A DNA stretch of 64,000 nucleotides from Saccostrea echinata (Eukaryota): contig NW_026889806.1 of assembly GCF_033153115.1 (NCBI RefSeq), forward strand, positions 7,316,001 to 7,380,000. Direction: 5' to 3'. The notes below the pieces were generated by a model. It did not search any database. It saw nothing but the letters and a program-made list of their open reading frames with translations, and had not been told where the DNA came from. The position numbers and the translations under genes are program-made. Positions 1-11,400 of this stretch are shown here, piece by piece. The stretch's first letter is position 1; the number at the start of each line of letters is the position of its first letter.

Positions 1-1489
1 TAAAATGTTAAAATATGCTACAACTTTAGGAAAGCTGATTGCCGCCCTTTTTTAATTATTTTAAATAGATGTACATTGTAATTTAAATATAAGATTTAAA
101 CTTCTTGAAAATAATTAAGGCTATATTATATCAAATTAAGTTTAATCAAAGAAATGTGATGTTGATACACAATTTAAGGAAGCTCTTAACACTTAAAACT
201 GAAGAGTTTAAATTTCATTTACTAGTTTCTTATGCATTTTAAGGATAAAAGGATAATTTATAAATTTGAACAAGTAATGTTGAAGCGACTATCACCCATA
301 ACCATGTTTACAAGGTTTCGCTTTTCTTGGAGTTGCATTAGCTGAATTGTATTTATGAATATGAACATGTATCGTAGAAAGTACATCAAGTACATAGATT
401 ACAATGCTTTGTTTTTATAAAACAGGTGACTCAGAAATATAGAAAATAGGCCAGGCGCAAAAATAATTTAATAGAAAAAAGTCATTTAGAAACGACACTG
501 GTGAAAGGAATAACTGATACACGAGAGTTGTCCTATTCAAAATCACACGAGGGTAGAACACGGTACACTTTAAAATCTACATATATAAGTGACACCTGAA
601 TTTTAGAAACTTGATCTTTAATCAGTGTATATTGTGTTGTGATATTTATTTTATTAACATGACAGTACAGAGCGTTATGGCCGATCAAGGTATATATACG
701 TTTTAAGATTGTCTTATTTTATTGGTTTCAATGTTCGTGCTAAAACCTTTTCCGAAAAATCTTGAACTACTATTTATTTTTTAGCGACAATTTTTAATCC
801 TTTGCAGATTATTTTCATAAACAGACCTCATACAATGAGAATAAAACAGTGATATATACATAAGTCCATCATTTCTTGTTATTTGTCAGAAGTATTGCCT
901 ACCGTGGATATGTTTTTATGTCTCCTATTTTTTTATCATGTCCATCTGCAAAACAAAGTAATTGCTTGGCGTATATACTTACAACAAACTGAAAACATTA
1001 TATATCTGTTAGTAAGAGCTGTATTCAGTACTCAAGTGATATAATAATTTAAAGTAAAATAAATTTGTCAAAATTTTCTCTTCTCTTCAGAAGATTCTGG
1101 CAAGTTCTATGCATTATAAAGAATCCCTCCGTTGTGGTCTTTTCCTGAAAACAAAGTCAGCTTGGAAATTGCCCTTTAAAATCTTTATAAAATAAAAGAC
1201 ATTTAGGTTACAACAAGAATATAATAATTTTGTTATAAAGGCTGGGGTTAGTTAGTTAGTGATCATTGTATCATTTTTTTTTTACTAGAAAGATTAACGG
1301 GGGCTGAATCAGCCTAAACATAATTAAAAGTAAGTTCCAATGGTCACTGAAAGTAATTTACTTAAGGAAAGATAATAACCTTTTTTTTTTTTTTTTTTTT
1401 TTTATCAAAAATCATTAAAATATCAATCTATGAGTTTTATAAAATTCTATTTTTTCATTTTAAATTTCTCAATAATGCCCCATACAGTG

Positions 1490-1566
<77 letters not shown>
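1490..1566. repeat. (CA)n(TA)n microsatellite
   Basis: Read directly. Confidence 0.95.
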
Positions 1567-1569
<3 letters not shown>

Positions 1570-2473
1570 TTTTTAAGAAATAAGGTATCATTTTTAAACA
1601 TCTATCGGGCTATAAATACGGGTTGGTCACGAGATCAAATTCCATAAAGCCCGAAATAAAAGAAAACATTTGCAAATGTAAATATAGATATATATATAAA
1701 TTTATAAGGTTTATGACAATTATGAAGGAATTTGAATTTCATGCAAAGTCTTTTTAGAGATAATTAGATATTTACATCATTTACAACCAAAAAAGTCCAA
1801 AAATAAATAATAATATATCCAACAAATTTTTGTTTGTAGCGTTTTCTTCGTCATGTTTGACGTAAATCACAGGACTAAAGACAACAAAAATATGTTGACC
1901 ATTTGATTTAAACTCTCTCTCAATATCTGAAACTTAATTAAACCAAATACTTGGCTTAGATCTATTGTTAGAGAATCAGGTATTTAAACTTTTCATTTAG
2001 AGATCAAATCGTTGTTTTTGGAACACATAAGAGCTATACGTAATATTGATCAGAGTGTAGGTCACTTAGCACTGTCTAATAATGGTACTGGTATTTCAAT
2101 ACAGTATAAGTACAAACCACTGATGTCTGTAAACAAGTATCTATATTGGTAAACTTTCATAATTCACGATCGGAAACAGCAGGCGAGAAGTCTCACATTT
2201 TGACCTCAGAAAACCTTGTAAAAACACTCACCTGAAGTCTGATGTAAGGCTTAGAACACTGTGTAGAGTATAATCGATTCATGATCTCCAGTTAAATCCC
2301 TAATTAAACTGCTTCTTAAATTAGGCATGATCGTAAGAGAACGTGATTGCTCATGCATATGGATTTACTTTTAAAGTTTGACTTATAACCCATATCTATG
2401 AATGGTGGAGTGCCAAAAAAAAAAAGCCCAAAACAAAACAAAACAAAAAAAACAAGACTGTTTAATGTTTTAA

Positions 2474-3691
2474 AACAAGATGTGATTGTGAAACACTGTT
2501 GCCCCCGTATGGCAGCTTATGGCGAAGGTTAAAGTTTCTCAAATGCAAGTCAAATCCAGGCCAAAAGATAAAAAATGTTGGTACCCAAAGAAAGGTCTTG
2601 TCTCGAGGAATATACCTGTGAAATTTGAAAGCCCTAGCTGCAACTGTTCAAAAGTTATGGCCAAGGTTAAAGTTTTTTGAAAGTAAGTAAAACGTCAAGT
2701 TCAAGGTCAAAGTTGTTGGTATCCAAAGGAAGGTCTTGTCACAAAGATTACATATGTGAAGTATGAAAGCCCTTGCACCAACCATTCAAAAGTTATGGCC
2801 AAGGTTAAAGTTTTTCGAAAGTAGGTCAAACTCCTATGCCAAGGTCAAAGGTTCAAAGTGGTTGGTATCCAAAGGAAGACCTTGACACAAGAATTACATA
2901 TGTGAAGTATGAAAGCCCTAGCACCAACCATTCAAAAGTTATGGCCAAGGTTCAAGTTTTTCAAAAGAAGGTCAAACTCCTATGTCAAAGTCAAAGGGTC
3001 AAAGTGGTTGGTATCCAAAGGAAGGTCTTGTCACAAAGATTACATATGTGAAGTATGAAAGCCCTAGCACCAACCATTCAAAAGTTATGGCCAAGGTTAA
3101 AGTTTTTCAAAGGTAGGTCAAACTCCTAGGTCAAGATCAAAAGGTCAAAGTGGTTGGTATCCAAAGGAAGGCCTTGTCACCAGGATTACATATGTGAAGT
3201 ATGAAAGCCCTAGCACCAACCATTCAAAAGTTATGGCCAAGGTTCAAGTTTTTCAAAAGAAGGTCAAACTCCTATGTCAAAGTCAAAGGGTCAAAGTGGT
3301 TGGTATCCAAAGGAAGGTCTTGTCACAAAGATTACATATGTGAAGTATGAAAGCCCTAGCACCAACCATTCAAAAGTTATGGCCAAGGTTAAAGTTTTTC
3401 AAAGGTAGGTCAAACTCCTAGGTCAAGATCAAAAGGTCAAAGTGGTTGGTATCCAAAGGAAGGCCTTGTCACCAGGATTACATATGTGAAGTATGAAAGC
3501 CCTAGCTCCAACCGTTCAAAAGTTATGGCCAAGGTTAAAGTTTTTCAAAAGTAGGTCAAACTCCTAGGTCAAGGTCAAAAGATCAAAGAGGTTGATATCC
3601 AGAGGAAGGTCTTGTCACAAGGAATACACATGTGAAGTTTGAAACCCTAAGCACCAACTGTTCAAAAGTTATGCCAAGGTTAAAGTTTTTC

Positions 3692-3722
<31 letters not shown>

Positions 3723-4106
3723 AAAGGTTAAAGTTGTTGGTATCCAAAGGAAGGCCTTGTCACAAAGAATATACATATGTGAAGTTTGAAACCCCAAGCA
3801 CCAACTGTTCAGAAGTTATGGCCAAGGTTAAAGTCTCATAAAATTTTGCAAAAGTGGGTCGAACTCCAATTTCAAGGTCAAAAGGTCAAATATGATGGTA
3901 TTCAAAGAAAGGTCATGTCAAAAGTAATACACCTGTGAAATATGAAAGTCATAGCTCCAAAAAAGATATGGGCAAGGTTAAAGTTGACAAGAAACAAGCA
4001 GACAAATAGACAGACAGACAGGACAAAAACAATATACCCCTGGGTTCTTTAGATCGAGGGGCATAACAATATATCCCCGGGATCTTTCGATCCAGGGGCA
4101 TAAAAA
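2474..4106 (-). mobile_element. Non-autonomous Helentron/HINE (pearl-like) element with internal ~146-bp tandem array
   Basis: One end is aacaagatgtgattgtgaaacactgttgcccc. About 10 units of 146 bp (ggtatccaaagg recurs at 146-bp spacing from ~2720 to 3742) are followed by (GACA)n and the hairpin ccccgggatctttcgatccaggggcataaaaa. Confidence 0.8.
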
Positions 4107-5482
4107 GACTAAATCGTTTAAGAAATTGGGAATTATATAAATCATGAAAGGTATTCCGAAAAGAAAACATTGATTTGACAAATGTATACACACGTCGTTT
4201 GCTCTAGTGAACTATAAGAAACTCCCCCTTCTCCGAGGTCATTGTAAAGTAGTAAATTAATACCAGGCTTAGATTTCTAATGCTTCTAAATATAACATTT
4301 CTCTCGTAACCCACATGTAAAACAATAAGTTGTATTTAGGTCAGATTATGTATAATCTAACTGGATTACAGAGAATTTTATATAAATCATACAATTGCGA
4401 CACGGGAAAGCAGAAAGCCGGTTACAATCGGTAAGATGTTTTTATTCCCCCCTTCAGATTTTTATTGATTAATCTTCTGATATCAAATCGTATTGTCATT
4501 TTAACACCATGGTGGGAAAATATTTATATTTCAGTCAGCTTTGTTTATTTAATTAAATATCTTTGTATGCTTCATTTTAAATTTAAAAAAAATGATAAAA
4601 AAAAATAATAAGAAACTTTTATTTTTATTACAACAAAAAATTCTAGACAAAAAAGATAATTCAATTGGAATTGTTCTAGTTAATTAATTTACAGACATAT
4701 TCATCTTCGCAATATTTTTGTGTGTTGTATATTTTATAAATTGTAAAATAAAAATGGTTAAGAATTATCGCAGTATAATTACTTGTGAATTCTATTCAAC
4801 TTGTTCAGGGATATTTTTGCTTTAAAGGTATAAACATTTTTAATTATTTTGGGAGCGAAATACTTCATACTTTTGTTTAACATCTTAAAACAAACTTTGA
4901 TTTTAACTATTGCCGAGAATTTCAACTTTAATTGTTTGAAATTAACCTCCGTAACGATTAACTTCCGTAACGATATTTTTACCGAAATTGAATTTAACAT
5001 GGGATTCATGCCATACTTCAAGAATCATACTTCAGCGTTCTATACTGAACATCAGGGGAAAAAAATGGTCAAATTCAGCTCTATTTAAAAAATAATAAGA
5101 CTTGTTCAAGCATTAACTTCCGTAACTAAAATCAATGGTAAATTGAAATTCATGTAAAAAGTTACCTATACCAGATTCGTGGAAAATTCTTTTTTTTCAA
5201 GTTCACTGATAAGTCCTTTGGAGAATTATGGTGTTAAATTCGGTATTTGAAACTATAATTTTTTCATGTTTTATACCCTGAATTGGTCCTTTTATCGTAG
5301 AATGAATTTATTATGTTTTTCTGTGTTTATTTCATTTTAGCTGTAAATATGTTTGATATAATTCATATGTTGGGAAAGGGTGTATAAAGTTTTTAGAAAT
5401 TTATTGCCATAAATGAAAGTCAATGTAATATTGTTTAAATACGTGCTGAAGTTCCTTATAATTTTCCTTTTTAGACGAAAAT

Positions 5483-8400
5483 ATGGATGTTCATTTTCCA
5501 CATCTAGTCTCATCTCCGGTCAAACGGGTCATATCAACGATACCCGAGGGCTCCGAAAAGACACCAGACCTAGAGGGTGTTGTTTCCCGCCTCAGTCGAA
5601 ATGATTCCCGCGCATTGATGTCACGTGCTTTGTCCCGAAACTTGACCCGGGCGTCCTTCAAAAATTTGGCCTTGGTAGGAGGTCGTACCTCAAGAACTTT
5701 TGTAGTGACAGATTCGGCAATCAAGACTCCGTTTGACCCAGAAGATGAGTATGATTTCGACTTCGAAAGTGATGATGGTACGGAACTAAATTACTTCATT
5801 TCTGTTCATATAAGTATTTTCTTATCATGCTTAATGTACAGAAAGTATCTGAAGACCAAAAAGTGGTATTTAAAGTGGTAAACTAGAATTAACAATATGT
5901 GTTTGTGAAACACTATGCCCCCGATGGTAACAGATGTAGACTACAGTGCAATAGTTATGGCCAATGTTAAAGTTTTTCAAATGTAGGTCAAAGGTCACAG
6001 TTGAGGTCACATGATCAAAAATTTCTGTACCAATGGAAAGGTCTTGTCATAATGAACACTCATGTCAAATATTAAAGCCTTACCCTTGACAGAGAAATAG
6101 TTATGGGCTAGGTTAAAGTTGACAACAGACAGACAGACAGGACAAAAACAATATACCCCCGGGATCTTTCGATCCAGGGGCTTAAAATTACGAAAAAAGG
6201 AAGTTAGTATATAAGACAGAAAATCTTCCGTAAGGAGGGCGAGGAGAAAAGAAGGCTGAATTAAAGCTAGAAGGGATACGTTAAAATGGATGATTAGAAC
6301 ATTTGGAGGATAATGTAAGGTCAGGCATAGTAAACTGGGAAAGAGCTTATATAAGAAATTGGTTTTCAAAGATTCAAAGCAGAGACAGGTTAGATTGGAA
6401 TAAAATTACCAAACAAGTCTCAAATTTATAACCTCTTAGAATATATAAATTAAATTCATATCATTGCACAATAAGATTTGGTCTGAAAATATTTCTGATT
6501 ACAGAATAATAATTTCTATTTATTCATGAAACATTTGATAGTTTGATTCAGTGCTTTCTTTATTGTGTAACAAATGTTGAGCATATATTTGACACTCCGA
6601 TCCAATCGAGGGAATTCTCCACCATTAATTATATGTGATATAAACACATACGTAGTTATTGTTGTACTTCCACGTCACCGAAGCAGTTTTATATTGTTGC
6701 TCTTTAAACGATCTCAAAAAGACAGAACAAAACAAGATGAAAAATATATTATAAATCTGTGTAAAGAAAATCACATTGAAAGCATAACTAAAGACAGGAT
6801 TAAATGGTAAACTGCTGGGGTCATATTCTCTAACATGACAATGATTAGATTATTAAAGATCATGGCGTCAATGAAATAATCAATTTCCTACTTTGTTGAT
6901 TTACCCGCTAAAGCTGGGATCTGTTATTACAATTCAAATGAAATCAGTGTTCCTCGGCCATATCGCCCCAGTCTTATGTTTTCAGAGGAGAGTTTAAGCT
7001 ATAAGGAATGAATTCTTTATATCCATAGAGTTTTCATACTTAAAACGTTACGGATAAAAATGAGTGATGTTAAACTTAATGATAATTCAGAGGGTAAGTT
7101 TGTATAAAAAGACAATTATTTTATACACCACCAAGACTTTTTAAATTTTCTATATCAAGATTTAAGAAGGTTTTGTGCCAATTAAAGTATAATGATACAA
7201 CATATTTACATTGTGTTACTGATACATTTGGTTTATTTAGAAGATGTCGATCGAACTCATCTACGTACGAATTACAGTTATTAAACATCACAATTGTAAT
7301 TGTACAAAATTTCTAATTGCTTTTGGCAGAGGAATAAAAAAAAAGGTTTAATTTTTTTTAAGAGTTAAGAAGATTTTGTGCCAAATAAAGTTTAATGATA
7401 CTGCATTTTGTGGTACTTGATACAGCTTTCAACATTTGGTCTGTACTCATTTACGTACAAATTACGCGTAGAGTTATTAAACATCACAATTATAATTGTA
7501 CAATATTTCTCATTGCTTTCGACAGAGGAATCTTCACCACTAAGGTATGAATCCGTGGCGGACTTACACAAAAGGAACTACCGAAGCTTCTGTAATCAGC
7601 TCGGCGTGGTGCCGTGCTCAAGGATCCTACGAGAGCTCGGCAAAACGTCCGTGAACCTAACCAACCTTAACCTCTCAAACAAAGAACTCAAGGCCGCTTT
7701 ATTGACCTTCATAGTAAGCTCAAACAGATTAACATCATTATCATAAAGAAATAAAACAAAACGGGATACGAACGTTGAATCTTTATATTGGTGGTGAATT
7801 CACTGTTTTATCCTATTCGTTTAAAATAAATTATTAACGTACTTACGAAACAGAGACATGACATTTAGGAAAATTGTTACAGAAAATCTACAAATTTGAT
7901 GACGATGAATATGATTCCGACGAGGTAAAGTCTGTTTTTGTGTCTTTGCATGCCTCTTTTGCTTCTGGTGATGGCTGCTAGCTCTCCGTGTACAGTTATT
8001 GCTTCTTATGTCAATAGGAGCTTGAAAAAAAAATCATTTGTGCACCTTAATAGTAGTAATCACATTTTTTCTTTTTCTTAGTATAGGTAGATTTTTTGTC
8101 ATTCCATTTTCATTTTGTTTTATTTTCTATTGGAACAACCTGAAATGATATCCAAAGTTCACTTTTACAAGAAATTTGATATAAAGTTAATTTTGACTTT
8201 AATTGATTTTTCTTTCTTTAGAATGATAGCGAGATTTACGAGGTGAATATGTCTGGAAATAAACTGACTGTAAAAGAAATTGACTATCTCATAGAGCTAC
8301 TGACTGTAAACAAAAGGATATCTAGCTTGGTAAGTGATATCATATAGAGCTACTGACTGTAAACAAGAGAGATATCTAGCTTTATAAGTGATATCTGAAA

Positions 8401-11400
8401 GAACTACTAAATAATGTAGACAAGAGCGGTTATCTAGCTTAGAAAATGATATTTGATATCTAGTTAACGACTTCTGAGAGGAGAATATCCTGCTTGGTAA
8501 GTGATAACAATAGAGGGCATTTCTTATAGTCTTTTAACTCTTCCTGCTTCCCAGAACACAAAAAGCAATATAAAAATAGTTTCATGCATTATATATGCTA
8601 ATGATCCATTTAAAGAGGTCTTAAAGATCTGTGCGATGTCCAATGGATGTCAAATAAATGTTCCACCAACGGAGAGCTGAATCTTTGCAATGTTCCAGTA
8701 CATGACTTTAATAAACAAACACAACACGATTAAAAATCAACATTTAATATAAAAGTTAATCCTCATATTTTTTGACCAGGCAGTTGTGTTTAAAGATTTG
8801 GAATAAAGAAAAACAAGTTTAAAATTTAAATCGTTGATATCTTTTTGATCATGACTTTAAGCGTTCACTTTGCTGAAATAAACAAAGTACGCAGTCCATG
8901 ATTTATCACCAGAATTCATTGATTTGTATTTGTGTGATAACTCCATGTTTATTTTAGATTTTATCTTCTTGTCATCTGTCCGGAGATCCACTGGTCAAAC
9001 TGACGGAATTCCTCAGCACTTCAAACACTCTACAGAAACTCGACCTCAGTCGTAAGTCTGACTAATCTACAAAAAAACCGAATTTCTACCAAAACAAATC
9101 TTAAGTTTTCATAAACTGGACGTATATCTCACTAATCTAATGGAACTCAGCTTCAACCAGGATTAATCGCTAAAAACTATTCACTTTCGGAAACAAAGTG
9201 TTGGCGTATATGGTGACTTTTGCCGAATGCCTCGTAATCGGCCTCAACCAATCACCAAAGTTTGACAAATCTTAAAAAGCTGAAGATTATGGGCGAACAT
9301 GGCGAGCAAAATACTTATTGTGCGACAAATAGGAAAATGAAAAATTTAATCTCAATTATGACGAAATTTTCTTTGATATTTCATTTAAAATCACGTATAC
9401 TTTATGTAAAATCTCCACAATTTGCAACAAACTCACAAAGATTGAAAAGATACGTTTATGAAATTGCATGCATACACGAAATACGTAAAAAAAAAAGAAG
9501 ATCATTTCATCGCACTATAACAATATCTTTTCCATATGAGTGGGTCTTCGCTCCATGTTTTGGAACGATTATACTCAGAGTATGCATAAACATATATGTA
9601 TACATTCTTCGGTTAACAAAAACATGGAGAAAAGAACGACTATATACCTTAAAAATGCACTTTATGACACAACATTCGCATCTCTCCAAGAAATGTTTTA
9701 AAAGTTCAGTCACGGGTTATATCATAAACATGATTTTAATTGCCATTATCTACATGTATCATGAGCTGTATAGCGTAGTAGTTTAGCGAAAGCAAAATTG
9801 ATACCCAGGATTCTTATTGCTTTGGTTCTAACCCCAAGAAAGTTTTTTTAATTATAGAATGATTGTTGCAGAAAGAATTTTTCTATTTTCTGCAGAAAAG
9901 CTTTGTCATAATTTTATACCTTTCAATAATAAGAACTTTTAATACTTAATTTACAATTTTAATATGACTTTTATACATTTGATGCAATAGGCGTTTTTGC
10001 ATGTCTTGTCCGCCAATCTCTTTTGTTAAGATCCGCATAAACTCTCGTATCAAATCTGAAAAAAATATAAGAAAACTACTTCAAACACAGTAAGTGGACA
10101 TATCTACTGAATTTGAACTCAGTCGTTATAGTCTATTAGATGATTCAATTATGTGAAACATAATACTGCAAGTCTAATATAGACTACCGATTTTAGTCAT
10201 TAGAAAAAAACCCGACCAAGCTTACTTGAATCGTGAAATTAAGTCGGAAATAGGGAAAAGTTGGAATGCAGGGTAAATGCACTTTCTGAGTAACTTCTAA
10301 TTTCTACACTCTTGAGACTATTACACAAATAGCGTTACACCAGATATACAATTTCATTCATAATTGTATTGAATATTTTACTGTTGTCTTTTTTCAGACA
10401 ACGACTTGAAAGACAGAGATGCAAATTCTGTATGCAAAATTATCCAGGTAAATTTACGTGTAAGAAACCATGAGTAAGAAGATTATTCAGAGTATATAGT
10501 AACAATTATCATTGTACGTAAACCATTTCAAACCTATAAAATTTCAGGAAAATGAAAGTATCCTTGATTTGATCTTGGCTCATAATAACTTGGGAGACAG
10601 CGGGGTTGCCATCGGGATTGCTTTAGGTAAGCTGGGATTCCTTTAGAGAGTGAATACAATTAAATGTAAATAAAACAGGTGATTGATTACAATATTACAT
10701 GATGATGAAATATATCTTACAGCCGAGAACGACATCCTTCAGTCTCTGGATCTCAGCTGGAATCACATACGAGTTGTCGGTGCTGTCGGTCTGGCTAATG
10801 GTGTTCGAGTGAGATACTCTTTCTCATCATTAGATTTAATGTACATCCTCGAAAAAAGGATGTTTTTGCAATATTCTTGTTAATCATTGGACATACACTG
10901 TTCTTTTTTTTTTTTATTTCGTAGACCAAATTGAAGCATGTCAAAAATCTGTTGACTTTTAATTAACAGAAAAATACCAATCTGAAAACGCTAATAGTAG
11001 CCTGGAATGGTTTTGGATTTGAGGGGAGTGTTGCCACTGGGAAACTCCTACAGAACAACACAACACTATTACATCTTGACTTAACGTGCAACAGAATTCA
11101 TCCGCCGGCATTGTTTGAGATTATCAAAGGTCTGGAGAAGAACAAATCTCTTCGACTCCTCAATGTAGGTGACACTTTTAAATAATTTTAAGTTGGTGCT
11201 CAGATTAAACAATCAGTGTGTACAAATTATTAATGACTAGATAAGCGAACAGTTTAGTATTTATAGTAGATACGAATAAATATGCACAAGATCCTCTTTA
11301 CGTCTTCCAGCTTTTACTCTTCGCAAAGATACATTGTTTTTAGCCTCAAATAGATTATGATAATTTATTTCTAATATGTACTCTTCTAATTTTTTTTATT

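Noticed and set aside
900-2330. Possible 5' exons of a minus-strand gene (donor-like at ~2232, 981, 902; acceptor-like at ~1145, 945)
   Set aside because: No convincing spliced ORF could be built inside the window.
2836-3841. ORFs 2836-3051 and 3632-3841 (also 62242-63289)
   Set aside because: Chance frames through the Helentron-internal tandem repeat.
2700-3850. Regular repeats resembling a CRISPR array
   Set aside because: Whole 146-bp units repeat with no unique spacers; eukaryotic context and no cas genes.
9262-9786. 174-aa ORF
   Set aside because: Intronic, TTG start, no recognisable motif, composition typical of AT-rich noise.
9052-10200. Possible additional donor echoes after exon 8958-9051 (e.g. 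ctactgaatttgaactcagtcgttatagtct near 10105)
   Set aside because: Similarity too weak to separate from chance by eye; not counted among the echo sites.
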